64,000 bases of DNA from Amoebidium appalachense (lineage: Eukaryota; Protista; Ichthyosporea). The stretch is taken from NCBI GenBank assembly GCA_963693365.1, contig CAVNZM010000009.1, positions 6,133,045 through 6,197,044 on the forward strand. The letters are read 5' to 3'. How positions within the stretch are numbered: position 1 is the first letter of the stretch; the number at the start of each line of letters is the position of its first letter. The translations under genes and the position numbers were made by a program. Below the pieces are notes generated by a model, which saw only the letters and a list, made by a program, of their open reading frames with translations, was not told the origin of the DNA and ran no database searches. Positions 1-21,202 of this stretch are shown here, piece after piece.

Positions 1-276
1 GAGATGCGAGCCGGGAAGGCGGAGGCGAGGGGTGGGGAAAGGCAGGACTGGGCAAAGCGTAAGGGGGAAGGGTGCACCAAAACGAGGAGTGGGGTGGGGG
101 AGGGAAGGGGCCTGGGAGGGGGGGGGAGGGAGAGAGGGAGGGAGGGACGGGGGGGGGGGGGGGGGAGAGAGGGAGGGAGCGAGCGAGCGAGGGAGGGAGG
201 GAGGGAGGGAGAGGGTTGGGAGGGGAGGGAGAGAGAGAGAGAGAGATAGAAAGAGACAGCGAGAGAGTAAGGGCGA

Positions 277-307
<31 letters not shown>

Positions 308-355
308 AAAGGGAGGAATTGTTCAGCGGGGAGGGGGGGGAGGGATATATATATA

Positions 356-402
<47 letters not shown>

Positions 403-949
403 TGTGTGTGTGTACGAGGTTTTTTGGGGGGGAAAGGGGGGGATAGATAGACCAAGGGCACCCTGTGATATACTTGCTTCACCTTGCACCCTCTCTACGC
501 CTAATTGTTTACCCATGAAGAGTATATCTGTGTTACTTGCGTACACGTTCCTTACAAAGAAAGCTAGTATTATTTTATTATTTTTATTTTTTATTATTAT
601 TATTGGACGGGTATGAATGAGCTGGGGAAGAGGGTGCTTGGGTCTGGTTGGGTGGGTGGGTGGGCGGCAGCCCGGAGGGGGAGGAGGGGAGGGGGGGGGG
701 GAGGGGGGGGGGGGGGGGGGAGGGGTTTGTGAGTGTATGGAAAGGAAGTGGAAAGAAATAGGTCACACAAGGACTTGTGCGGTAGTTTAGGTGGTGAGAC
801 CGAAAAAAATTACCTCCTGAGGCAAGGGGTGGGGGCGTGGAAGCGATAGCGGAAGAAGGTGTGCATGTGTTTGTGCCTGTGTATGTGTGTGGGGGGGGAG
901 GGGGGGGGGTCCGGGGGGTGGGGGGGAAAGGATGAGGGGAGGGTTGTGT

Positions 950-1005
<56 letters not shown>

Positions 1006-1385
1006 GTGTGAGTGTGTGTCCGTGTGGGGGGATGGGTGATGGGGGATGGGCGAGGGGGGAGGGTAGAGGGAGGTTAATCTTATGGTATTTGGTTGCGCGT
1101 GTGGATATTATGATATAGGAGATCAAGAGGTGTAATGAATTCGATGTGGTTTGCGGTTTGCGGGATGACTCGCGTACACACGTGTGTGAAGATATGCTTT
1201 TCGGTTCATGTATTTTTTTCTTGCAATTTTCCTGTATCTATCCTCTGCGTTTATCCTGATTTATCCTGCAAAACCTTCTCCTCTCAACCTTTGGCACAGT
1301 TGTCTTTTGGTGTGGATATGTCGGCGGCGGTCTAACAAGCAGCATGCATGTTCTGCAAACACATGCGTGCTCATTGTACACATAG

Positions 1386-9313
<7,928 letters not shown>

Positions 9314-10237
9314 CCAATTTGAATTTAAAGGTTTTAATTTTAGACTTTAAAAGTATTTATATTTTGTAGAGATTGTAGTTGGTGTGTTATCTTCGGAGGG
9401 TATGAAAAAGTGAAGGACGTGGTTCTGGTGTTTTACTGCGGTGTTCCATGAATGGATGAGTGTACATGTGATTTTAGACTTTAATAATTGAACGAAACTG
9501 GCTGGCAGGATGTGGTTAAGTTTGCACGCATTCTTTTTTTACTTCTTTGTCCGTGGTCCATTTCTGAACCCTAGTGCAGGTGGGAATAATTGATACGAAC
9601 TGATCTATGTAGGGTTAACCCCAAAATGGAAATCTAAGAATAGCCTTTTTCAAGAAAGCTGCGGATTCATGCAGCGAGCACAAAATGCAATTATCGTATG
9701 CGATGTTCTCCTAATCGAATGACGCTATACTATTCATATACGCTATCGGTATGTGTTCGTGTCAACTTGCCTAATCCAAGTGTTTGCGCATAATGAAAAC
9801 ACACACACGTGTACAAGCACTGTTGTGTTGATAAGGCCCTAATGATATGGGTGTATGAGACGTATGTCCCAAACAGTTGAATTCTGTTGAGATGTATGCA
9901 TTGGTCCTGGAGTGTGTGCTTTGGTGTTGGTGCAAAGGCGTAGGTCAGTGTAGAAGACTTTACGTATGATTCAAATGGATAGGAAGCATAAAAGTATATA
10001 TACACAGTGCAGTTAAGAATGTTACCTGTGTCCCTTGTTGCACGGTGATTCAGGATAGATTGTCCGTTCAAGCCCGACCGCCTTTTTTTCGTTCAAAAAT
10101 GAATGTGTGCTATTGCGCTTCAACTCTTATTGTCGAACCAGAGCTGTGTGTGGGTTTGTGTGTGTTTGAGGGTAGGGTATGATGCACGTGGTGGTGCGGT
10201 TATGGCTGTGTGTGGTGGTGGTTTGTGTGCATGTGTG

Positions 10238-10304
<67 letters not shown>

Positions 10305-10306
10305 AT

Positions 10307-10369
<63 letters not shown>

Positions 10370-10370
10370 G

Positions 10371-10406
<36 letters not shown>

Positions 10407-10408
10407 AC

Positions 10409-10439
<31 letters not shown>

Positions 10440-10525
10440 GGTGGGTGTGGTGGTGGTCGAGGTGCCCAGCGGTACCGGTGGTAGTGGTGGTGTGCTTGTG
10501 ATCATGAGTTTGTGTTTGGGGGGTA

Positions 10526-10557
<32 letters not shown>

Positions 10558-10599
10558 GTTCATCAGGGTGGTGACCAGGTGTGTATGTGTGTGTGTAAC

Positions 10600-10633
<34 letters not shown>

Positions 10634-10703
10634 GTTGTGGTGGTGGTGGTGGTGGTGGTTTTCTTTCTTTCTTTCCTTCTTTCTTTTTATTTTTATTTTT
10701 ATT

Positions 10704-10734
<31 letters not shown>

Positions 10735-11325
10735 GGGGGGTTGGATGCGGAACACGGTACGAAATATATACACACGATCGCGACGAGAAGCATGGTGCAG
10801 GACACATGCAATTCAAACATTCAAGTATGCAACATCAGCAATGCGCACAGTATGCGTCCGAAGCAGAACCCATCCTCAGGGACGGCCCAAAGGGGGGGGG
10901 GGGGGGGGGTCATCAGGGTGGTGGTGGTGGTGTGTGTGTTTTTGTGTGTGAGTGTGTGAGTGTGTGTGTTTGTTTGGTGGTGGTGGTGGTTGTGGTGGGA
11001 AGGAAGGGGGATCATCAGTCGGGTCAGACCGAAGGAAGCTCTTTCTTTAAGCACGTACATGTGCATGTATGATGTAGGTTTATATTTACGTTCGTTCTTC
11101 AAAGTTTGTGATTCATAGAGTTCTATGGTATTCTGCTTGTATACCTTGGTCTAATTGCTGTGAAAGTTATAAAAATAAAGTTGAAATGTTTGGTACCTTC
11201 ACACTAAATGCATTTGTCTTTTCTACTGTAACAGTTTGCATGCACATGCCCATAGTAAAATAAATATCATACGATAAAATCTTTCCTAATAAACATACGG
11301 AATAATCTGTATATCATAAGTACAG

Positions 11326-11396
<71 letters not shown>

Positions 11397-11980
11397 GAGA
11401 TAGAGAGGGAAAAGGCGGGCTGTGAGATGTGTAAAAGCAAACATACGACTACATACATACAGAATATTACCTTTTGTTCACATCACACTTTTCCTTCACC
11501 AATAACAAAGAACAACTGTTGATATTCTAAATAAAGGCCTCACATTGCCTATTTCTAAAGTATAAAGACACCAAAAATCATGGATCAATAAAGTTTAACA
11601 GAGCAGCTGGTCTAGCGAAGAAACACCTAACCATCCCACACCTTCCCTTAATAATAAATCTACCACCACCATCTCCACCCACCACCCAGCCCTCACACCA
11701 AACACTAATCAAAACCCCGCAATAGACCAAACAACCAGCCCCACCCACCCACCCCAAACATAGAATCTACATGCATATGACCAAATACACCTTCAATGAT
11801 CAAAATGGCTCGCGACACCTGCCTAGTACATACACCCAAACCAGACATCAATAATAATTTTATCAGATAGTTTTAAGTATATCTAATATTTCAGAGATTA
11901 ACAATAATGAATCTATCAGCCTGATATTTTCTAATCAAAACATATATCACTGAAATTTCAAATTTACACATAATCATTCA

Positions 11981-12258
11981 TTATTCCAACGGGTCCTGCA
12001 CAACCGTTTCCACCAGCGTTGTGTTTCTTTGCCTTTCCGCCTGCTTTTCAAACATTTCAGTCACCACCTGCCCACTGGTTTGGTCCAAGGCACTCATCAT
12101 AAGCATGGTCCGCGCTGCGATCTGAAAAATCACATTTCCTATGAATTGGTCGTTACAGGCCGGGAAAACTATGATGCAGGCAAAAAGACAAGTGGACCCG
12201 ATCGTGATTATGCGCATGTTGTAGTAGTAGTCGGAGTAGCGCTCGCTGGCCCCGTATG

Positions 12259-12325
<67 letters not shown>

Positions 12326-12578
12326 TGTGTGTTGGTGTCAGTATGTTTATGTGTGGGCATGTGTCTGTGTGTGGCAGTGGACATGGAGCGGCGGCCCGTA
12401 GGGAACGGAAGGGGGACGGAGGGAGTTACAGGAGAGCTGGTTAGCCACATAATGAATTTGGATGCTCTTGGCTGAGATGATCTGCATGCAAAGAAAGAAA
12501 AGAGAGAGAGAGAGAGAGTGTGTGTGTGTGTGTAGGCGCATGCACACGCTTCTGGATTGTGATTGTGCAGGTGGGAAT

Positions 12579-12617
<39 letters not shown>

Positions 12618-12700
12618 GGGAGGAGGGGGGATGGAGAGTCACGTGGGGTCGGTTGGACACATTACATGCTGTACACAATGTCATTGCTGAACAAATTTAA

Positions 12701-12746
<46 letters not shown>

Positions 12747-13168
12747 GGGGAAGGGGGGGGGGGGGGGGGGGGGGGGGGGAAGGAATAAAGGGGGGCATGT
12801 AGTCTCTACCGTAACCATGTGCTATCAAGACAGCAGTTGTTTGTGGGATGAATGTGCGCACTTGCGTCTTTATGTGTGTGTGTGTGTGTACGTGTACACA
12901 TCATTATTCGTGCGTGTTTGTCCCATTTGATCGCGGATAGAGAGGAAGAGAGTCAGAGGGCGAGAGTCACAGGGAGAGAGGCAGGGAGCCTCGGAGTGGG
13001 AGGGCATGGAGGGGGGAGGGGGGAACGGAGAGAGCTTGTGTATGTGTGCTTGTGCGTGTGTGCATGCCGCCGTGCATGTGTGTGTGTGTGTGTGCGTGCG
13101 TGTGTCATGTGTACAAGCACGTGTATAAGTGAATGTGTATGTGCTTGTGTGTGCGTGCGTACGTGTGT

Positions 13169-13199
<31 letters not shown>

Positions 13200-14730
13200 G
13201 GCACGTGCTTCTGTTTTTTCTTTCTTTTGTTTCTTTTCTTTTGGGGGGGGGGGGAGGGGGGGAGGTGTGGAGGGGGAGGGGCGGCGGGGAAGTGGGCACG
13301 GGGGTTTACTTTAGCGCGTAGATGAAATAGCTGGCTGTGTAAGTGACCATCACAAACAGTAGGCCGATAGTGAAGTACGGGCTATCGTATGGGATCAGAT
13401 CAGGGCGGAATCGGTTGATGATGAAGGGGATGGTAGCGATTATAGTTACGGGAATGACAAACGGCAGGGGGGCAAAGTAGCGAATGTTCTTGTTTGGCTC
13501 GAAGGGATTCGCAACCATGAGAAGGTAGATCACTCGCTGCCGCTGAGTGATTGCGCTGACAGTGACGGTAACGAAAAACACGGTCACAAAACACGACGCG
13601 ACGATTGAATCTTTGAATTGGTAATACTCAAACTCTGCCTCGATGAAATTCGCTAGGGTAAGGGGGACCTGAATGGTGGTGAATTTCAGCTGGAGAGCAG
13701 ATTGAAGCCAAATCACTGAGAATATGAGTCCGATTCGCCCCACGGTTTGTTGTACCAAATAGTGCTTCATTCTCGACCTCACTGCCCGTGTATGGCGGTA
13801 GATGTAATGACCGATGGGCACGGCCAGAGCCACAGCCAAACATAAGATGTTTGGGATCATCTGCAGCACCCATACACGATCCGCCGCGGCTTTAATGATG
13901 ATGTATTTGTCAGTGAAATTGGATGCTGCTTTTGAGAGATGAATCAACAACACGGTCGCATGTTTGGCTTCGGCAGGCGTCCATGTGTCTCTTGTTGCGT
14001 TCATTTCCCGATAGGAACTTACGTCGGAGAGAAGACTACTGGCGGCCTCATTGAGAACATGAAGCGGGTTTGCGTCGGTGATATGATAGCAAAAATTGAG
14101 CGTAATAAACTCTACGCAAAACACAAACGCCAGGATGAAAATGTAGATAACAAAAGTTGTGATCACGTACCTCCTTCCAAACATGTGATTGTTATCGTGG
14201 TGCTGGAGCATGTTCAACACCCGTTGGCGCGTCAAAGGATCCTGCGAATTATTGACAAAAACTATCGTTTGTCTCCTCCCGTTTGGTAGTCTGTGTTTTA
14301 CCCGAACCGTTGAGTGCCCTGCGGCAGCGCCGGCCGGTGGGTGTGCTTTTGATGCTACCCCATGGATCTCTGTGGCATGTCCATCTTGCAGACAAATATC
14401 GAGTGTTTGCAGTGACGAGGGTGTGATTTTGTTTTCCGACTGAGCCTCCGCTTTCCCCGTTTGTATAACTAGAGCGGAAGGCAAGTGTAAACTGCCTAAG
14501 ACATTAACCGTGCCCAAGATTGTCGTGCTCATATTAGTGTGACCCACCGTATGGTGACGGGGTTGTTCTGTGTTCATGTTCTCGTAATTTTCATCTGCGG
14601 ACAAACAGGCGAGTGGTTGCGAGCTAGTTCCGTGAAGTTCTTCCGTTCGCAAAAGGCCTGTATGAACATGAGCATGTGTGTCCGCAGGCACTCCGTGTTC
14701 AACATTCGTAATTTGCACGGGGGGAATCAT
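11981..14730 (-). CDS. Uncharacterised multi-pass membrane protein (~566 aa, about 7-8 predicted TM segments)
   Basis: Exon 1 is 14730-13310 (ATG; donor aa|GTAAAC) and exon 2 is 12260-11981 (acceptor after (CA)n; TAA); the phases fit. A ~185-aa hydrophilic N-terminus is followed by hydrophobic stretches such as VITTFVIYIFILAFVFCVEF, MIPNILCLAVALAVPIG, IVASCFVTVFFVTVTV, FAPLPFVIPVTIIATIPFII, FTIGLLFVMVTY and IITIGSTCLFACIIVF. No family recognised. Confidence 0.8.
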
Positions 14731-15788
14731 TGTTATTGTGGTTTGAAGTCAAAGGATTCGTGGACCAGGTGTCCTGCGGCACAGAGTGGGTATCATGTGC
14801 GCGTGGAGGAACATAACCCTGGTCCTGTTCAACGGATGTGCAACATGAGAGAGGAGGCGCACTGGAGTTTTCTAGTGGTGGGTTCGTATCATCCGCCATT
14901 TTTTTTATGTTAGGAAGTAATCGAAGACTGACTGTGTAGAGGTCGTCTTGATGTTAGAGGTGCTTAAGTACATTTCCTTGCTGGATATTTAAAAAAATAA
15001 CGCTATCATGAGTGCAAAAAAGACCGCAGTGCAACAACAGGTGTGTGTAGTGATGTATATAGGATCGCCTTGGCACACCGTTCCGCACAGCCCTCTACAA
15101 CAGTATGAGGTCGATGATTTACTTATCTTATCATTAATATCAGTGAGCACTGTAGTGAAAGTATATACAGCACGTCTGAAAGTAAGAAAGCTCAACTGCA
15201 CAGGACACGATTTGCAACGGTTTAGATTATCATGGTGTCTCGGTGAGAACCAGCCTGCGTACAAACATGAATAATCACCCTGGCAGGCTTTCAGTCTAGA
15301 CAAAAACATAACACGAAAACACTCTTTACAGAAATGGTTAGTTAACGTTGTTTGTCTCTGGTAAAACACAGCACCAAAAGACTGAGGAACTCAGCATATG
15401 AATCCGTGCATCTTGTACGTGGACCAAGGTGTAGGAATGTTAACAGATCTACAGGGCCGCTATTTCAGTTTCATCAGCCTAAAGATTATGCTAACAGTGC
15501 ACGTATAAAGGTATCATATAGAGCGTGTAAACCAACGCTTTCAACTGATTTCTTCAAAGCACATGGGAATTCTAAACGCACATGGAGAGTGTGAAGAAAG
15601 AAAAACCCGAGATATGGATTACTAGTGGCAGTACACACACATACGTTCTGCAACTGTGCATCTTTGGTATGCCGGCCAGCATTCCATCGGATCAGGGCAG
15701 CAGGGCTTAATAAAATAGACGATCTAGCGGGTTCCACCCACGGCCGTGTGGGCCCAAACTCGGGTAGAATCAATTTTACACACACGCA

Positions 15789-15821
<33 letters not shown>

Positions 15822-16143
15822 CGGTCTCTCTCTCCCTCCCTCTCTCTCTCTCTCTCAGACTTTCTCTCTCTCTCTCTCTCTCCCCCCCTCTCCCCCCCCC
15901 CCCCTCTCTCTCTCTCTCAGCTTGTACGGTGACACTGTGTGTTACAGTGTTTACGGTGCGCACTGACGCAGCGCCTCTGTGCGCGCTTGTGTGACTTCAC
16001 GGGGTGCGTGTGTGCGTGTGTGCGTGTGTGCGCGGATGTGCATGGCAATGGTGTGCCTTGTGTGTGTGTACACGTGTGGGCGCGCGCGTCTGTGTGCGTT
16101 TACTGCACAGACCGTGTGTTTGCCTGTGCCATGCGTAAGTGTA

Positions 16144-16195
<52 letters not shown>

Positions 16196-16203
16196 CGTGT
16201 GTG

Positions 16204-16352
<149 letters not shown>

Positions 16353-16653
16353 TTCGTGGTTGTGGTGCTTACATGCCATTAATTGGGTGCTTGTGCATGT
16401 GTATTAAAGTCACATTTGCTTGTATGATTGTGTGCGTGCATATGTGTACATGCATGTGTGTGGCGATTTCTGTCTTTGGTGACTGTGGAGCGTCTCTCTT
16501 AATTTATATATATATGTCTCGGGTTGTAGTTGATTTGAATGAGGCTTGGACACAACATGTTTTCACATGTGGGTAACTTCGGAGTCTGCTACACTTAGAA
16601 CCTTGGTACACACCAGGCACACACGTGCACACACACACACGCACATACTCCCC

Positions 16654-17790
16654 TTTATTATCCCGTTTCACTCCCAGCGAGGCACTGCCTCAGGGAAGCT
16701 TACCGTCTTCCGCCTAGACACAGATCGTACTGTATAGCATACTGATAAGTCAGGATTCTAATTGGCCCCAACTGGCACTTTTTTTAGTTACGTCTTTATC
16801 CCAACGTTCTAGCCAGCGACCCGGGACACATACACAGACATAAAGACTTGAAAGGTAAAACCCCATGCCCAGGACACTGCCCCGAACCGTGGCCGGTGAC
16901 TCGGATTGGTCTCCCACTTGAACGTTGGTGACATATACTAATCCGTCTCAGCAGATCATCCTAAGTCTACGATCAAGATCGGGGGGGGGGGGGCGTACAG
17001 ATCATCAAGATCAAGTCCGGGGTCTCAAGATAGCTGTACAGCTGCAGGCATCTTGTCTCTGCCAGCGCAGGGCAGAACCACGTCAGCTGGTGCAGCCGAC
17101 CAATAGGATTAGAAATAGTGTATCAGATAGATCGTAGGAGGACTTTGCAATGTATTAAGTTCGGGCAGAAGCCCTTGTAAATATTGGCAAGTTCAGATAG
17201 TGCTGTCTGCCAAATGTATGTATATATTAATAGTAGTACAGGAAAGAGTAGAGGGGGGGAAGGGGGGGGGGAGATAGTATGAAATGTAGATTTAGACTCT
17301 GCGGTGCCACTAGGGGAAGGGAGAGGGGAGAGACTAAGATATTTATATTAGTGTGAGCAGAAAGACAGCTCGTGCAGACGCACGATAGAGTTCCTTAGAT
17401 CGGAATGTATGGAATGTGGCATCGTAGGGGGGCCGGACTTAGCTTGATTCCGTACGGATCTCAGGTTGCCCGTCGGAGCCTGGCCTGTAATAAACTTTAC
17501 CGTTTTTTCGTACACGTTCGTTCCTTTCCGTGTGGGTATACTTAGAAGAGTGCCGCGTCTCTTAATACATACACGTTAGGATACGACAGTTGGGCCGGGA
17601 TGCCCAAGCGGCGCGGCCAGATGATAACAAATTGGTGGTGCTGCTTGACGTGGTCTGGGGTGATGGCTTCTAGGGGGCGGCCAGACCGGTGGACCGTCGA
17701 GCAGACGTTCGACAAAAATCGGAAGTAACCAGGATCGATCCTGCGACTCAGACACGCAGAGATCTTACCATTGCACCAACCCGCCCCCCT
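16654..17790 (-). mobile_element. tRNA-headed SINE-like retroposon (~470 bp once the nested solo LTR is removed)
   Basis: The minus-strand head GGGGCGGGTTGGTGCAATGGTAAG has an A box (17768-17778) and a B-box-like GGATCGATCCT (17731-17741). There is a 3' stem-loop GAGGC-AGT-GCCTC and an ATAATAAA tail. A 13-bp TSD flanks it: gcacatactcccc (16641-16653) and gcacacactcccc (17791-17803). The sister repeat copy shows the empty site at ~19528-19545. Confidence 0.7.
16929..17588 (+). mobile_element. Solo LTR, copy 1 (660 bp), inserted in the SINE
   Basis: TGACATAT...ATACGACA termini (TG...CA, imperfect IR). 5-bp TSD GTTGG at 16924-16928 and 17589-17593. AATAAA at ~17488 suggests + orientation. Homologous to 18719-19406. 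Confidence 0.85.
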
Positions 17791-17836
17791 GCACACACTC
17801 CCCCCCTCCCCCCCCCCTGAGTTTCTCTCTCTCTCT

Positions 17837-17889
<53 letters not shown>

Positions 17890-17954
17890 CCCCCCTCTCT
17901 CTTCTCTCTCTCACTCACTCCCTCTCCCTCCCTAGGCCTCCCTCCTCTTTTTTT

Positions 17955-18091
<137 letters not shown>

Positions 18092-18327
18092 CTCTCTCTC
18101 TCTCTCGGCTTGTACGGTGTGTGTTACAGTGTTTACAGTGCGCGCTGTCGCAGCCCGTCTGTGTGCGCTTGTGTGACCGCATGGGGTGTGTGTGTGCGTG
18201 TGTGCGCATGTGCATGGCAATGGTGTGCCTTGTGTGTGTGTACACGTGTGGGTGCGCGCGTCTGTGTGTGTTTGTGCGACTGCACAGACCGTGTGTTTGC
18301 GTGTGCCATGCGTAAGTGTGCAGTGTG

Positions 18328-18432
<105 letters not shown>

Positions 18433-18483
18433 TGGTGTGTGTGTGTGTGCGCGCACGGTGGGCTACAGCGTGTGTGTGTTCAC

Positions 18484-18547
<64 letters not shown>

Positions 18548-18718
18548 CCGCGCGCGTTCGTGGTTGTGGTGCTTACATGCCATTGGGTGCTTGTGCATGT
18601 GTATTAAAGTCACATTTGCGTGTATGATTGTGTGCGTGCATATGTGTACATGCATGTGTGTGGCAATTTCTGTCTTTGGTCACTGTGGAGCGTCTCTTTT
18701 AATATATGTATGTCTTGG

Positions 18719-18769
18719 TGACATATACTAATCCGTCTCAGCAGATCATCCTAAGTCAAAGATCAAGAT

Positions 18770-18802
<33 letters not shown>

Positions 18803-19406
18803 CGGTGGCCCGGGTCCACAGGTCATCAAGATCAAGTCCGGGGCCTCAAGATCAGCTGTACAGCTGCGGGCATCTTGTCTCTGCAGGCGCAGGGCAGGAC
18901 CACGTCAGCCTGGAGCAGCCGACCAATAGAATTAGAAATAGTGTATAGGATAGATCTTAGGAGGACTTTGGAATGCAAAAAGTTCGGGCAGATGCCCTTG
19001 TAAGTATTGGCAAGTTCGGATAGTGCTATCTGCCAAATGTATGTATATATTGATGTATAGGGAAGAGTAGAGGGGGGGAGGGGGGGGAGGTAGTACGAAT
19101 GATGTAGACTTGGAATCTGCGGTGCCACTCGGGGAGGGGAGAGGGGAGAGACGAGGATATGTATATTAGTGTGAGCCGATAGACTTAGCTCGTGCAGGCG
19201 CACGATAGAGTTCCTTAGATCGGAATGTATGGAATGTGGCATCGTGGGGGGGCCTGGTGACGATGAGGCTTTGGTTCCGTTTCGATCTCAGGTTGCCCGT
19301 CGGAGTCAGGCCTACAACAGTTTTCTCGTTCACGTTCGTTCCTCTCCGTGTGTGTTTACTTAATAGAGTGCCGCGTCTCTTATTACGCACATGTTAGGAT
19401 ACGACA
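18719..19406 (+). mobile_element. Solo LTR, copy 2 (688 bp), same family
   Basis: Same termini as copy 1. TSD CTTGG at 18714-18718 and 19407-19411. The empty site atgtctcgggttgtag is visible in the sister unit at ~16514-16529. Confidence 0.88.
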
Positions 19407-19599
19407 CTTGGGTTGTAGTTAATTTGAATGAGGCTCGAACACATGTGTTCACATGTGGGTAGCTTCGGAGTCTGCTACACTTAAAACTTTATGTACACAC
19501 CAGGCACACACGTGCACACACACACAAGCACACACTCCCCCCCCCTGAGTTTCTCTCTCTGCTCTCTCTTTCTCTCTCTCTCTCTCTTTCTCTTTCTCT

Positions 19600-19848
19600 C
19601 TCAACCTCTCTTTCTCGTGCACACACACACGTGCACACACACACACAGTCACACACACACACACACACACAAAGATGCACTCACACGTGCACACACACAC
19701 ACACGCACACACTCAATCAAATCACACACGCGCGCGCACACACACACGTGCACACCAGACACACCATGATATACACCCATATACACTAACACGTACTGAC
19801 GTGTTGCCGCACGTGCGACGTTTTAACATCTACTTAGGCGTCCCTTTT

Positions 19849-19883
<35 letters not shown>

Positions 19884-19986
19884 AGACACCGCCTCAGTAG
19901 GTGATAGCCATATACACACCGCCCACCCACACACACCGTAGATCTAAATAGATTACACGTGCACGCACCGTTATTGTAGCACGCAT

Positions 19987-20037
<51 letters not shown>

Positions 20038-20162
20038 CACTATGACACACAGCACGCACTTCAACACAAGCACACGCATAAAAACTACTTTTGCGAGAGG
20101 GGATGATGACCTCTGGCCCCTTTTTAGCAGACGGGAGCCCCGCATTCGGCTGCCAGTATCTT
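19600..20162. repeat. Dispersed (CA)-rich repeat with a sharply conserved right end, copy A
   Basis: Colinear with 62749-63195. Both copies end ...GGCCCCTTTTTAGCAGACGGGAGCCCCGCATTCGGCTGCCAGTATCTT. Confidence 0.85.
19787..19907. mobile_element. 121-bp insertion with a 10-bp TSD and an internal poly-A
   Basis: TSD CCATATACAC at 19777-19786 and 19908-19917. The insertion is absent from the homologous copy at ~62921-62940. Confidence 0.75.
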
Positions 20163-21202
20163 AGGTATGTATCTGGCTGCCGTTCAAGTACCGTGGGCGT
20201 GACTCACTCTATGCAGCCTGGCATGCGCCTACACCGCCGTACGCAGGTCGCAGTGAAAATTAAATACATGATGATCTGCTCGAGACTCGCATGCGGCCTG
20301 CATGCCTCTGAAACTGCAAATTTTGCAAAAATGCGCTTTTCTAAAAATTTGTGTTATTTTGTGTAGTGCCATGCCGCTGTTTGATTGGCGCTTGTTGCTC
20401 ATCACGCTTGATTCAAGAGTGTCTCACTCCCATGACCGGCTCAGCCAATGTTCACGATCACCTACATGCACTAACAAACTGTTGTTTCTTTAGCCGTATG
20501 CTTGCTACCCTCCCAAGCAAAATAAAAACCTTTCAAAAAATTTGATGTTTTTTTTTTAAAAAAGAATTTAACTTATTTTATTATGACACCCTTACCAATT
20601 CAAATGTTCATGATGGCTGCCGCGATGGCAGGTGCATTCGGTCCTTGTCCTTTCTTAAGATACTATCCAGCAATCTTCGGCAACGTGCTGCAGACGAGTC
20701 GGCTACTGTATACGTACACTGTCAAAGAAAATGAACATGTGCCTATCGCCTGTATACATGGCCATGGAAATTGAGAGTAAAATAAACAAGAGCACATTTT
20801 TCAGGAAGGTACACGTGTGGGTCATCAGTGCAGCAGATATCCGAAGCTAGCTAGCTAAATAGAGCTCGAGCTTGAGGATCCTAGTAGGCCCAAGACATTT
20901 TCAATTTTATTTATTTTTTTTTTTTAAAAAAAATAATTTCTACAGAGACTTATTACCAAGGTACCGCCAGAAGGATGTTAGGTAAGAATTCGGATGCCAC
21001 AGTTAGATATATTATAACTGTTAACTAACAATATAATTTAATAAATTATCACTATGCAGGTTCATCATTAGCAGAAGAGATTACCTTTGATCACATCACT
21101 TGAACTTTCGCGAATCTGAATCTTGTGTACAGTAGCAATTTCAAGTATCACACTCACTTCATTTTTTTGTGAAAAACACGTGGCACCACACACACCAACC
21201 GA

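Noticed and set aside
11460-11980. A/C-rich stretch that might be a gene or organellar insert
   Set aside because: No ORF or motif. It resembles degenerate or low-quality microsatellite sequence.
15724-15752. Helitron 3' end on the minus strand (CCCAC...GTGGG hairpin then CTAG)
   Set aside because: CTAG is followed by A rather than T, and no matching 5' TC end was identified. Not enough to call.
17715-17790. Functional tRNA gene on the minus strand
   Set aside because: The anticodon arm is too short and the T-loop and acceptor stem are imperfect. It is better explained as a SINE head.
20836-20991. Cluster of restriction-site palindromes (EcoRV, NheI, SacI, XhoI, BamHI, KpnI, EcoRI) suggesting vector polylinker
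   Set aside because: The order and spacing match no multiple cloning site I recognise, and no other vector sequence is adjacent.
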